A stretch of 64,000 nucleotides of DNA from Epiperipatus broadwayi (GCA_028023455.1 JAQFVV010000005.1:6820001-6884000); one strand, 5' to 3'; positions 25,021-38,848 are shown, numbered from the stretch's first letter. Translations and numbers: made by a program. The notes: generated by a model from the letters alone, not told the origin.

Positions 25021-26434
25021 TTACTACTCAAAGATGAAGTAGAAAACTAGTATTTTATATCTTTATAATTGTGTAATTTATATACTAAAAATAAAATTAA
25101 TTTCAGAAAAATAAAAATGCTTTATTGCATATAATGATATGGTAGTGAGATGAGTTGAATCTGAGATATAAAGATAATCTTGTCTTTTTATAAAAGATGT
25201 AATAATAGTTTTGGTTTATTGTGTTGGGTTAGCTGAAGTCATAAATGGTAAGGTTATAATATAAATATATATCTATTAATTGAAAGAACACATTCTCATA
25301 TTACTTATGTGAATGTCTGCATATGTATGAAACATATTGAAATCTATGTGTGTACACATTAATGATGATAAAGTTTTAAAATTAAATTGTATTTTCCTTT
25401 TTTTAGTCCCATCTAAAAGTATAATGTTAATGATAATAGCATTTCTGACAAGCTTAAATAAAGCCCTGAAGTGATTCATTTTTATGTTCATTCTGATTTA
25501 ACACATTTATTCTTAAATTATCATCTAACATTGATATGTAAATTTTATTCTTTCAGAATTAAATCAGTAACTTGCTTGTTTAGGCTTTGAAAAATTATTA
25601 TCATCATCAAATTTGCTTTGAGATCATTGAAAATAAACTTTAAAATTTTTAAAACCTAAAAGAAGGAATTTTAAAATATTTTACAATGATGGGAAGAACA
25701 AGATTAAAATATTCTGTGAGACTGACAAAGACAAAAAATACATATACATGCATTATAATTTTCAAATTTATAATTTCTTTATTTTTTTTTCAAATAGTAA
25801 GTAGTGAGTTTAAACACATGGTGATCAAACTGTATTATGTAAATTATTTTATAAATGAATTTAATGTACATGTACAAGCAACATAGAATATTAATGAAAT
25901 AGATTGTTAATTCAAAGTAAATTAATTATTTTTAAAAAGGGAGTTTGTGATCAATATCAATGAAATTAAACAATGGAATTGCTTTTAACACCAATTGATT
26001 TGATTACTAATATTTTGACTTGAAATCTTCTGAACCATTTCTTTACAAATTCTAATTCTGGTTGCTAAATTTTTTTAGCTTATGTTGATCTTTTGTGTAA
26101 ATTTATCAATTGGCAAAACTGGTGAAAAGAATGGTCTTTAAATATTATAGTTTATCACCACATCAAATCATACAAGACCTTCTTTTTCATTAATTTAATA
26201 TTGCCAAATTTAAGTTAACAATTATTTACCCCACCAACTTTATTTAGGTATTTATGGTAATGCTTAATGTAAGTCAAAGGTAATATTTTTGCTCTTAAAG
26301 AGGTTGAAGGAACAAAATTAAATTTAAAAAAAACATCAAATTTTTTTAATTTTTATATTCTTTTTTAGATTAAAATTATCATTTTCAATCCACTGTAAGA
26401 TAAAAGTCTCTTTAAGCTTATTTTATTTTCTCAG

Positions 26435-26672
26435 AATCAATAAACATCACATGATCACCATTTCCTATGCTTGCTTATAACTGTTATTAAAACAGGACAA
26501 CTCTCTATATGTATTACCACTCACTGACGAAGGCCACGATCCAGAAATTAGTTTAGGGATATTGGATGAGTAGGTACTAGATGGGGATTTTATGCACAAT
26601 CCTTCTGGCATCCATTGATTACTCTGGCTTACATTGAGTGGCAATATGTATAGAGAGTTTTGCCTGTTTTAA
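26435..26672 (+). mobile_element. Hammerhead-ribozyme short retroelement, locus 3 (inverted tail arm 26435-26523, then sense arm)
   Basis: Tail aatcaataaacatcacatgatcacc...aaaacagg, then a strand switch at ctca (26520-26523) into CTGACGA...GAAAttagtt; ends gcctgttttaa. Ribozyme partly degenerate; no TSD found. Confidence 0.8.
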
Positions 26673-27540
26673 AGCCCATTGATGATAATATTAACTCTAC
26701 ACAGTAATATTTCTAGCTCATCATATGGGTATAATCCATGTTATCTAAGATGGTTAGAACATTTATTAGTTCTTGCTGGTTATATTAGTAATGACCTAGA
26801 ATGGTACCATTAGCAACATAGATTTAAACTTTATACCCTTTGAAAAGATAGATCCTTTTAGCTTTTGAAAGTCAATAAATAAATAAATAATACTTCTGTA
26901 TATAATATAAATATAATATAAAATAACAATTCGTGTCAATTGTTAATACAGAGTTTAATATAAATAAATAAAATAATAACAAATAATATTTCCAAGCACT
27001 TTCAACTCTTACGAGTCCTTATCAAGGCAGTGTAAAAAATTCTATTTTCTCCTAGGTGATGAATTTAACATTTCATTGTATTGGCCAGGAACAACTAATC
27101 GGAAAGCTGGTTAATTTCGAATTCATAGCACAAGATGAATTTTGTATAAGATATGATTCTTTAATCTTGTGTTTTTTATCATGTGTTTCGTGCATTTATA
27201 TTGTAAAATCCTTTGGACTACATATATGGACTGTATTATTTTGGTGAACATAAAAAGCTGAATAAACTGTATCATCTTCTCTTGCTCTATTATATGTATA
27301 TTTATGTTGTTGAAGGCGATATTTAATATATATATATATTGTAGTGCAATATATGTTGAAGAAACCAAAACAAATATTATTTGTTATTATTTTATTTATT
27401 TATATTAAACTCTGTATTAACTTTTGAAAGTCACTGATAATGTTAAGTGAGTGAAACAAAACAGATATAAGAACAGTTTTATTTAAGTAATAATGTGCAA
27501 GTTGTCTATATATTTTTTTCACATAATATTACAGCATTTG

Positions 27541-27744
27541 AACCACTGAATGTCACTTGATCACCATTTCTTAGATCTAGGTGCAGTGCTCTCAGATCCA
27601 AGGCTCCTCACTGATGAAATCCACAAGCTAGAAACTAGTCTGGGGATATTGGATAAGGATTTTATGCACAAGCCTTCTGGCATCCATTAATTACTCTGGC
27701 TTGTACAGAGTGGCACTACTGTATGAAGAGTTTTGCCTGTTTTA
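27541..27744 (+). mobile_element. Hammerhead-ribozyme short retroelement, locus 4
   Basis: 13-bp TSD with one mismatch attaca(g/t)catttg (27528-27540, 27745-27757); 30-nt inverted tail, then sense arm. Confidence 0.85.
27597..27653 (+). ncRNA. Hammerhead ribozyme motif with damaged stem II
   Basis: CTGATGA 27611-27617, GAAACTAGTC 27631-27640 and stem I are intact; stem II is mutated to atc-cacaa-gct. Confidence 0.55.
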
Positions 27745-29373
27745 ATTACATCATTTGGTGAGACATTTGCATCACTAGATAACAATATTACATTGACTTT
27801 TCATTTAAATTAATTAAATACACGTACAAAAAAATAGATATTCTATTACCAGATGCCTCATCATGGTTGAAACTATATATATGAATAATAATAATAGATA
27901 ATACACACTTAGAAAAAAAATATAAGTACACATCTTACTCTCAAGTAAACAAATAGAATATATACAGTAGGTGGATCAATATCAAGAAAAAACATGATAT
28001 TAGTTAATAATTAAAACAACCAAGAGAAAGGGGAGAAAAATATTTACATTTGTTTATAAATATAGTGACAAAATAAATAACTACTCTTTCAGTACCTGTC
28101 TTTTATTCTGCTGACTTTTGTCTTTGTCTATTATCTTTTGTCAGCAAAATATTATTTAAAAATTTGACACTTTGTTCCAGAAATGATACTCCTTAGAATG
28201 ATTTTTTTTTTTTACTTTCCATTAGTTCACGGAGGTTTAAAATGAATTTCTCATCTGTTCATGGAGTTTTGAAATATATTTCTCATTTTTCTCTGAGTTT
28301 GAAATGATTTCTTATCCACTATTTACTCCTGTGTATTTTATGATCAAACAATTTTCTCTATGTGTTTTTTTAAAAAATTGTGGATTTTGCCAATTAACAA
28401 AATGAATCGTATTTCATCAATGATCAGATGTAGTTCGCTGGTCATTCTAAGTAAATTTTTCTTCTCTCTTGGTAAGGCACACTTATGTATGCATGTATGA
28501 TAGAGCTGGAATGGAGTAATTCCAAGTTTTTTTTTTACATATTAGCTCATGCAGGTGAATAATTTTATTTTCATTTTCCATGGAGCACTATGCTGACAAG
28601 GTATGGAGTGCATACGTTTTTTTTTTGCAGGTCACTTGTTTAAAATTTAATTTTTATACAAAACAATCACATATTTGATTTACGATGTACAGTTTTTGAG
28701 TTTCCAATTTTTAGTGCATATATTCATGAGGCAATGGTTTTTACAATAAAAAAAAAATCTTGTAGTCCAAGTGATTCTACATCACATGCTTTCATAATTG
28801 TAGACTGATTGACCTTAAATTTTTATTGACAGTCCTTTTCATAGCTTATCAAACTTAATTGCAGTTTAATTAAAAATCCCCTCTATAGTTATTATCAATG
28901 TCTGCTTTTTGATAGTCACGGGAAAGAATAAATTATGATGATTAATCATCATTGAAAATAGAAAAAGGGAAAAGAAAAAATTATTTTATAAATGAAACAG
29001 TTAAAACTTCTATCATGGAGTTGATTGTTTCTTTTCCTTTTTCATTTTTCCCAAATTAATTTTTCAAACTAGTTTCTTTTTGTATTTGTTTTTGTATAGA
29101 AACATTTGTTTGAGATGAAATGAAAAGAAACTTATATGCATATCACTCAAACAAAACTCTTTATTTACTGGGGTTTTAGAATTATACTATTAATTATTAA
29201 CATTGTATAATTTAATCCTTTATTTAACAAGATTTTAGAATGAAAATGCTGTTAATTATTATCTTTTTTATTTGACATTTATATTTAATGTTTGATGTAG
29301 CTACACATAGCTACAGTATATATAATTTCTAATATATTTGATGCTTTATCATTTCCATTTCTACTATTTAGAG

Positions 29374-31919
29374 CAGTGTTTCCCAACCTTTTTTGTGCTG
29401 TGCCCCACCAAAGTCTTTCTAAAATTCTTATGTCCCCCTGACATATACATAATTTTTAATATTCAAAAATTTAAATGTTCACTAAAAAAACTTGAATGAT
29501 AGATTTTAGGACGAAATAACTGGGAAATTATTGAGCAAACACAGTAAGTAAATTTTCAAAACATAATGGAGAACTGAAATTCAAGTACAAAATTTTAATA
29601 AAATATTTTTTTATATTATTTTAATTATTAGTAATTATTTATTATTTAAATTTAGTGAGATCCTTGCACTTGATGCTTGCTGCAAAGAGATCTTAGGTCA
29701 GGTTCCAATTAGTTAACTTCAGTCCCAAATCTCCCCATTTTTTTATATCCAGCCTATTTCTTTTTTTTAGCAGCAAATCATTTATGGCACTAAATCCGCA
29801 TTCAGCTAAATAGAAAGATGGAAATGGCAGCAATAGTTCTCTTGCACATTTGGTTGCATTTGGATATTTGATTTCGGTTTCCTCACAATGCAATGCTGTC
29901 ACTCTTTTTATATCAAATAAAGTTTTAAATGATTCATCATTTTGTATTTTTGCAAGTTCTTCTTGATACTGCATATTTGAAATATCAGACAAATTCACTA
30001 TCATTGGCTGCATCATCCAAGTTGGAAAATCAATTTGTTTCAAATCTGAAAATCTTTCTTTTAAATCAGCCCATAAAATTTTCAGATGATCAACAATAAC
30101 ATGTATAGTGGTATCAGTCACTTTACATTTTTGGGGCCAATGAAACTTTCAAAAATTTTTGTTATAAATATATGTTTGACATAATTCAATAAAGGTACAT
30201 ATCTTTGTTTTTGCATCGACAAGAGTTTTATTTGTTCCTTGAAGTTGTTTATTTAATATATTTAGTTTTTCAAAGATATCGGCTAAATAACTCACAAATA
30301 ACTTACCATCAATCGTTAACAGATTTTTCATTTCAGGTTTGTCACTAAAAAAATCACTAAGAGTACAAATAGTTCCATAAATCTTTTCAAGCAGTTCCCT
30401 TTCGAGATACATCTTACTTCAGTGTAAAGTATAAGTTTCACATGATCTTCATTTTGTTCTTCACAAAATAATTTAGAGTCATTTACATTTGGCACTAGCT
30501 TTAATAACATTGATACACTTTATGACTAAATTTAGCACTTCATTTAGAACAGGAGCAATATTTTTAGCTACCAGATTTTCCCTGTTAATAATACAATGTA
30601 TAAGAAGCATTTCTGGATTCTCATCTTTCATCAATTTTAAGCAACCATTTTTCTTCCCCATCATATATTTTTCATTGGTATATTATTGACATCTAAGTAA
30701 TTTTTTACCTTACTACATATATCTTTGGAGGTAGTGGTGCTGTCTAATGATTCACAGAACATTTCTTAGCAAAATCACCTTTATCAATATATCTTACATA
30801 AGTTATAAATACGGCCTCACTGCCTCTCAAAGTTGATTCATCCATTTCCATTGAGAATTTTCTTGTTTTCAGCTTTTCAACAAGTTGTATTTCAATATCC
30901 TCACTCATTTTGTCTACTCTTCTTCTAACAGTATTGTTACTCAGTGGCATAGCTCTCACGTCTTTTATCATCTTTTTCCAGAACTGTTTTAAGAAATGCT
31001 GATATTGACAGTTTGATTAAATTTTCTCCCATAGTATGACTTTTCCCAGATTTAGTGATGAGCAATGAAATTTGATAACTAGACTCAAGAGTACGATTGA
31101 CAGTTGCATTATGAGCAGTAAATAGAGACTCTTTTTTCAAAGTTTTTCTTTAAAGTTTGAAAGTAATTTAAATCTGAATTAATATGAGCATTATGTTTCA
31201 TCTTCAAATGTGCTTCAAGACAACCTTGTTTCATTGATTTGTTAGTCAAGCATTGTTGGCATAAAAGACAAAAAGGTGACTGTTCATCATTGACAGCGGG
31301 TATGAAACCAAAATTTAAATATTTCTCCAAAAACGGACAATTTTTTTTCTTGCTTGCTCCACTCATTTCACTATGGGCTGAAAAAAATATATAATTAATT
31401 AAAAACTAAAAAAAATAATATGAATTGGAGCAAACATAGACTAAAATTGCATATTTAAATATATATAACACATTTACTTTACAGCAAAAAACATAATTTT
31501 TCATTTGACAAATTTTTCTGGAAAATAATGCTTCTAAAACTGAAATTAATAAAAATTACCAATTAAATTTACATACCATTTATATATCACTTATATTTAT
31601 ACAATGTATATATTTTTTAAAACAAGACTTTTACAACAATTTAAAGTGCGCTTATTTCAAATTATCATCAATGGTAAATGCTGAGCGTTACTGCGAAACA
31701 CTGCTAAAGTGCAATCCCAACATAACCAGTAGTTCAATTTAGCATCTAACAGTGAAATCACGGTTATGAACATAACGGACAGAAGTTATTTATACTGGAC
31801 GTTTACCCAGCTCTAGTAGCGACTGAGAGTCACCATACGGTTAACTTAAACTCTGGACGATTCCATTTTCAAATTGCCCCCCCCCCCGTGGGGCATAGAC
31901 CCCATGTTGGGAAATACTG
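29374..31919 (-). mobile_element. hAT DNA transposon, Buster/Charlie (ZBED8/SCAND3-like) group, decayed transposase ~29693-31366
   Basis: TIRs cagtgtttcccaac / gttgggaaatactg; 8-bp TSD atttagag / gtttagag; transposase remnants KYLNFGF..P.CLLC, LSNNTVRRRVD.MSEDIE, FSMEMDEST, IHCIINRENL, LLLPFPSFYLAECGFSA. Confidence 0.92.
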
Positions 31920-32022
31920 GTTTAGAGTACGGTATATATGAATTTTAAATGTGTACTGAATTATTTGCCAAAATAATATTAATGGGAATTTTAATCTTTT
32001 GGAAGAATGCACTAATTTATTA

Positions 32023-32395
32023 TTCTACTTTACTAACAGGAGTGTGTTCTCTATTTTTTAAATAATAAATGTGATATTTATTGTTTGCTTGTCATTTTAA
32101 AATATTTATTATGTGAATTGTTTAATAAATGAATTCTAAATAATTATTATTTCAAATGTTTTTTTTAATGTTTTAGTGATCTATTTTATCAACTGATAGT
32201 ATTTTTGTTTTAAGGGGAAAGTTTAATTTTTTAACAGATGTTTTTATTATATACTTATTAACTTTTTGAATGAAAATGCATATTATCAAATCGTTAATCT
32301 AATGCAAGAATCTATTAGACAAATGTGGAAAAAATGTCAATTTTATATTGCCGTATTGTATGTATACAGAGATCTGCATCTTAATGTTGCACAAA
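32023..32395. repeat. Dispersed AT-rich repeat, copy 1 (partner 38358-38730)
   Basis: Both start ttctact...caggagtg and share gtttaataaatgaatt.t.aataattattatttcaaa and tttttattatatacttattaact. Confidence 0.7.
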
Positions 32396-33565
32396 GCAAA
32401 GCTTAGCTGTTGTCACTGTACTATATGATCATTTTTTTCTAGTATTTTTTTTCTTTTTAATTTGTTCTATATGCACAGATTAGTAGATATATATTGTATA
32501 TTTTCATTTTTTAAATATAACTTTTGATAGCTCGAATATAAAAGAAATTAATGTGGAAATATGAAAAACTCCAGTGAGCTGGGTGTAAACTAGTTGTCAG
32601 AAAATGTAAGTATAGAATGAAATCACCTATATTTTAACTTTAATCTTATATAAGCACAGTATTTACTAATATACTCATATGCAGGTGTGATTTATGTATA
32701 TGAATGTAATTTCGGGTCAAACATAAGCATATGATCTTTGCATATTGGTGAATACCCCATCCATGTTTGATTACTTAATGAACAATAGTATATTGCCTTC
32801 TCGGTTCCTTAAGTCTTAAAAAAGATTCGAAGATTTTCTTTTCAATTAACAGCAAGCTCCTTTCTGCCGCCTAAATTAATACATTGTCCGCAAACTATGT
32901 ATTACAGTTTTTTCATTAACCGTTAAAATCAATTTTTACATTTTTGTTCTTCTAGGTTTAGACACGAGAGGGCAGAACATGTTTAAAAAAGTCGGTTATT
33001 GACAATGTAAATTTCTGTCACTGTGGGAAATTAATAATTTGTATAGTTGAGGTAATATTTTAGTAACCCGATATATTCTGCTAGTAATGAACTTTTATTT
33101 ATATTCAAATAAATTTCTATGAATTTTTTTTATTATTGTTATTGAAAAGTCAATATTTTTGGAGCTTTATTTTTTATTCATTAGATCTTTGCATTAAATA
33201 TTAATTTATTATCTAAGCCTTTGAGCTAAAACGTTATTGAATTTCTGAAAATAATGAATTTTCATTGCGCTAGGTGTATATTTTTTTACTAATTATTTTG
33301 ATTTATGCAAAACATACGAGGTTAAGTTCATCATTTTATTCTCCAAACATCAAAAGCTTAAAGAACATTTTGTTTGTTTAAATGCTAATATATATAGTAC
33401 TCAATTAGTTGTAACAAAACTTATAGTTGGTATGTGCTTGTTTTGACTTAACTTTGATTTATGCTGAAAAATCATTTCTGTACAAATATTATAAAAATTG
33501 GTAAAACTGACGTTTAGCTACCCGAACATTTCGCCCTCTTATATTGTCTATACTGAAGTTAATGT

Positions 33566-33761
33566 AATTAGAAGGGATTTGAACTCGGATTTTTAAAATT
33601 CCCCATAGTTATCCACCCTATCTTATATAACTAATACACATGATCACATATTGGAGATCATTTATCTTTTTCACGTGTATGTGGTTATGTGTATCAGTTG
33701 TATAAGATGGAGTGGATAGCGGTAGAGAACTTAAAAGTCAGAGTTCGAATCATTTCTAATT
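33566..33761. mobile_element. Diverged fold-back MITE, same family as 50299-50511
   Basis: Arms aattagaagggatttgaactc...cttata and tataag...gagttcgaatcatttctaatt; central tattggagatcatttatcttttt matches the centre of the 50.3-kb copy. Confidence 0.6.
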
Positions 33762-34363
33762 GTAATAAATTTAATAAAGAATTAACAACAAAGGTTATAA
33801 GTACAGAACAGACATAAAGAATTATTACGAAGATACAATTTGGTTATTAATAAGATGTTTACAATTATTTTAACTGAAGCCATATATAAATAACAATAAA
33901 CCAATGAGACCGTTAATAACCATAGATCCATTTTGAGACCTCTGGAGGCGCTCTTTGAGTATCTTGCATTTAATTGTCATGAATATAATTTTAAAAGTCA
34001 GAAAACAATTCTTAAGTCAGCAGAATAACAATGGGTAGAAGGAGTAGGAATCTCTTGTTTTACTTTCCAATTAGTTAATAGTTAAAAACATTTTAATTAA
34101 ATTCCTCCCTAATTATATAATAAAACTCATTATAATTTTTAAAAAAAAATAGATGAATTTTTTGAATAATTTTTTATATGTTCTATTAGTAAATTGTTAA
34201 TAAATAGTAGGTAATATTTTTAAAAAAATTTTCAATATTTATATTTTTAAGACTATATGAAATAGCAGTTTTTAATTTAATTTGTCATAGTAGATTTTAT
34301 ATGTATACTTTTTAATAATAAATTTGATGCCTTATTTTCATGTATAGTGTTTAGAGTCTATAA

Positions 34364-37300
34364 TAGGGATGGCCAAAATGTCGACCATACTTGACTGATT
34401 GATTGCAAGATCTCTGGAAATCGACTGCGAAGCTTACATGAACATTGCCAAATTATAATGATAAATTCAGAGCTGATTTGAATATAAAAAATAAAGAAAG
34501 TAAAAATTCAAAATTATTCTTGTTTAAAAATAGTTACATTTAAAATAACATTTGTTATTGTTAATCTCAAAAATAAACCCAGGTAGGAAGAAGCTAGAAA
34601 GAAATTATTTTTGTGTAATGCTAGAGCTAAAATTCTTAAAAATATTTAATTGCCATTTTTCCGAGGTGAAATGAAAATAACTTGTCCTGAAGAAACAAGG
34701 ATTTTAATGAACTGATTTCAAAACAAAGTAGTTGTGAACTTTTTAAAACACTTTGTCTAGGTAGCAAATAATCCCAAGGAGATTTCAAAAGAAAATAGGA
34801 CTTTTTCCTATCTACGAAAGAAAATAGGTGTCAAAGCAAGAAGCAAACTTTATGTCTGATTATTGTAAAGATTTAGCAAATTTTTGATGCCATACTAGGA
34901 GGGGGTTGTGTTTTAAATTTCCTTACTCGTATTTACTTATTAATTATACAAGCATCTCAAAAAATACAAAAAACAATAATTTTATAAAAATCAAAAAATA
35001 AATTCAGTATTATATTTCGGTAAAATTATTGATTGATTAACTTTAATTTTGTATAAGTTATATATAAAGCCATGTTTAATTACTCCAGAAAAAAGAGAAC
35101 AGAAAGAAAGTTAAATATAGAACGGTATTTTAAGTAAAGAGCAATGAAAAAAGATTGCTGAAGGATAAAATAAAGTGGGAATGGTAATTCAGTAAATGTC
35201 TGTTAGATTAATTATAGAAAAAAGATAGCACTGTTTAATTAGAGTAGAAAGTTATTTTTAAAACTACTTAAACAAAGGAGTAAAGAAGAATTGTTAGTAC
35301 AATTAATAACGAAAAGACTAATTGTAGTGAAAGGAATGTGCATGTATGCAATTAAAGCTTAATGAATAATTTTGGTAAAAAGACAATTCTATCATGAAAT
35401 AGCCCGAAGAAAAATAATGATCATCAATTATAATATTAATACCAGATATATAAACTGTGATAGATATAAATAGTGTGTGCAAAAAAGAGCGGTGTGCTTA
35501 TTTACTTTTCGTGAATGTTACTGCCTTCTGTCGCATTTATTGGACTTTTGAAAAAGGATCCAGAGTGAAAGCTGTCCGGAAAGTTATAGCGATTTTCCGC
35601 CACAAGGGAATTGTTCCCAGAAACTGTAGGTACCAATAGCCAGATAGGGCAAAAACAGATCACAGATCTTTTTATTTGTGTAAGCCTGACGGACTCCAGT
35701 AGGATTGTGCAGAGAAAGACTGTTAGTATAAATAACTTATAATTATTTTAACTCGGGCCAGAAAATAGTAATGAATGATGTTAATCTATTATCAGTGGTG
35801 AATATTAGTATTTACGGAAAATAGTAATTAAAATCAAAGACTTATTGATCGTGTTTACAAATGCCGAACTTTTAAGATCTGTTTTTTATGTGTTTAAAAG
35901 TTAATAAATATTTTTTCATCTTTACTAGTGATAATTTTTCTTAGACTTGTATTTTTTGTTTTGTTATTAGTTGGCAGGTGAATACACAACAGAATTACAA
36001 TGAATAAACCAAGTACAAGTGTGAAAAAAAAATAATAACTTATCGCTGTCATAAAGAATGGGAAGATTATTTTTTTATTATGATAAAAAACAAATGTATA
36101 TGTATTATTTGCAGTATGCATATAGCTTTACTGAAGAAAGCCATTGTTGAAAGATATTTTGCACTGTTCATAAAAATTATGAAGATGATTATCCACAAGG
36201 CACTGCATTAAAAAAGGCTAAAGCACAAGAACTAAAGACACAATTCACTATGCAACAAAATTTTTTTGTCAAGTATAATACAAACTCAAAAACTGCTATG
36301 ATTGCATCATTCAAAGTTGCTGAAACTCTAATTAAATACAATAAGCCCTTTCAAGATGGACAACTATGGAAAGAAGCATTCAACAAAACTAGCGAAGTAT
36401 TATTTGAAAATTTTAAGAATAAATCTGAAATAATGACTTCTATTAACAATATATTATTATCACAAAACACAATCATGCATAGGACAGAAGAAACTAGTCA
36501 AAATCTTGGAATAGATTTTACATAAAAACATTAACAATTGTAACTATCACTACAGCTTGACAAATCTACTGATTATACAGGTAATACGCAATTATGTTTT
36601 TTTATTTGTATGGTTTTTGATGATATGTCAGCCACAGAAGAATTATTAATAATTATTCCAATTCAAAGAAGGACAAGAGGTCAAGATATCTATGATTTAT
36701 TCAAGAATTACATTGCACAAACGGATTTTCCAATTCATTTAGTATCAATAACTACCAATGGAACTCCTGCAATTATTGGCAGTTAAATTGATTTTGTTAT
36801 TCTTTGTAAAAATGATACTGATATACCTAGTTTTATGGACTATCATTGTATTATATATCAGCATGCCTTGTGTTCAAAAATATTGAAATTTAATCATGTT
36901 ATGAGTGTTGCCTTCAAAATTGTTAATAAAATAAGATCAAAAAGCTTATTACATTGTCAATTCTGGGATTTGCTATAGGAATGCGAGAGTGAACATAGTG
37001 AATTATTACATACTGATGTAAGAAAAGGCGAGCAAAATTTTTAATCAGATTCAGAGAACTTCTATCACAAATATGATCATTTTGGGAAACTAAAGGTGAT
37101 TTATATCCATAACTGAATGACAAAGAATGGCTTCTTGACCTCGCCCTTTTCTGTGATATTCCAGAAAAACTAAATAACTTAAATGTAGAACTACAAGGAA
37201 AAGATAAAACAATAATAGTTATGATAAGCACTTTGAAGTTATTCAAGGAAAAATTAAGTATGCTTGTAATACAATTGAAGCATCGTGAATTAAAATATTT

Positions 37301-38358
37301 CAAAAATATGGTTGACGAGTCTAAAGATAAAAAGAATCTAATCTACAACAAATATGTTGAAAATATAATATTCCTCATAAAGGAATTTGAAGGGAAGGTT
37401 CATAAATTGACCAATTTGAAGATATTGCTATTTTTTGTCTTATCCATTTAATGTTAACATCAATATTGAAGATATCACTACGAAATTAAATGAATTTGTT
37501 ACATACAAATTCAGCAGGCATCTAAGAAGAAATAGTAGATATTAAATGTGATATACATTTAAAATCAATGGCTTCACATGAGAGTTTTTCTAGACATTAA
37601 TAAGCAGAGGTAAATATTCAAATATTTGGAGAATTGCTGCATATTTCAATGCATTTTTTGGTTCAACATATTTGTGCAAATCAGCATTTTCCTGCATGAA
37701 TGTGATAAAAACTAAACATAGGTCAAAATTATCAGATCTACATTGGGAATCATGTTTAAGAATTAAAGTTCATGCAAGACAAATTTTGACAAACTTGCCG
37801 AAATTATGCAATTCCAAGTGTCATCAAAATAAAAAAATTATTATTATTATTTTTACTTCATAATTTTTTTTTTTTTTGTAAAATTTGCATCTAATTTATT
37901 TTAATCAAATTCTAAAACATTTGTTTTTTTAAATTTTTTTGAAAATTTAGGCCAGCTCTAGAAAATCATTATTTATGGGTAATTTAATAAATATTTTATA
38001 AAGTGCCATAGATAAATTGTAATACTAGAGGGAGCTGAGATAATTGTATAGTAGTCATAGTAAAATGTCTTCGAGTGTTCGTATTTTAATAGAAAAAAAA
38101 TTCATCAGTTTGTATCTTGTAAAAATATCACCAATATTTGTGAGTGTCTAAAACCTTGATAAAAAAAAAAAAACATCAATACCTAAGGTACATTCTAAAA
38201 AAAACCAGAACTTCGAACTGTTATTTTTTTTTCATTCCAACAAAAATAACATTTTTTTTTCTGGTTTCCAGTTCGAAGCCATGAAAAAAACATACTCGCC
38301 CTCAGGTATACTTGAACCAAAAAAATATCCTCCAACATCTAAAAGTTTGGCCGTCCCT
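34364..38358 (+). mobile_element. hAT DNA transposon, GTF2IRD2/SPIN-like group, decayed transposase ~36030-37850
   Basis: Ends tagggatggccaaa / tttggccgtccct; transposase remnants KAIVERYF..H, ASFKVAETLIKYNKPFQDG, LSQNTIMHR, LDKSTD, YHCIIYQHALC, FGSTYLCKSAFSCMNVIKTKHRSKLSD. Right TSD not recognisable, so the right end is less certain. Confidence 0.75.
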
Positions 38359-38730
38359 TCTACTCTATCTGCAGGAGTGAATTCTTTGGTTTTTAAAATA
38401 CAGTAATAAATTTGATATTTATCTCTTACTTGTTATTTTAAAATGATTATTATGTCACTTGTTTAATAAATGAATTTCTGAATAATTATTATTTCAAAAG
38501 TTCAATATTTCAGTGATCTGTTTTAGCAGCTAATGGTATCTTTGTTTTAAATAGCAAGTTTAATGTTTTAATAGATATTTTTATTATATACTTATTAACT
38601 TGTTGAGTTAATTTTATAAATAGATTTTTCTAAATTATTAATCTACAGCAAGTCTCTAGGAGACAAATCGGGAAATAATGTCAGTTTTTTTTTTGCTTTT
38701 ATTAGTTTATTTAATGTATACAGAGACCTC
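38358..38730. repeat. Dispersed AT-rich repeat, copy 2 (partner 32023-32395)
   Basis: Shares the blocks listed for copy 1. Confidence 0.7.
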
Positions 38731-38848
38731 TACCTTTTTTTCTACTCCTTTTGTTTATTTTTGAAAAATATTCATTTTTCATTTTTCATGATTCTTTAAT
38801 TAAGTACTTCGCAATTATATTTTATTGTAATTTTAAAAAAAATTTATT

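Noticed and set aside
36131-36152. CTGAAGA...GAAA hammerhead-like core
   Set aside because: Lies inside hAT transposase coding remnant and has no stems I, II or III.
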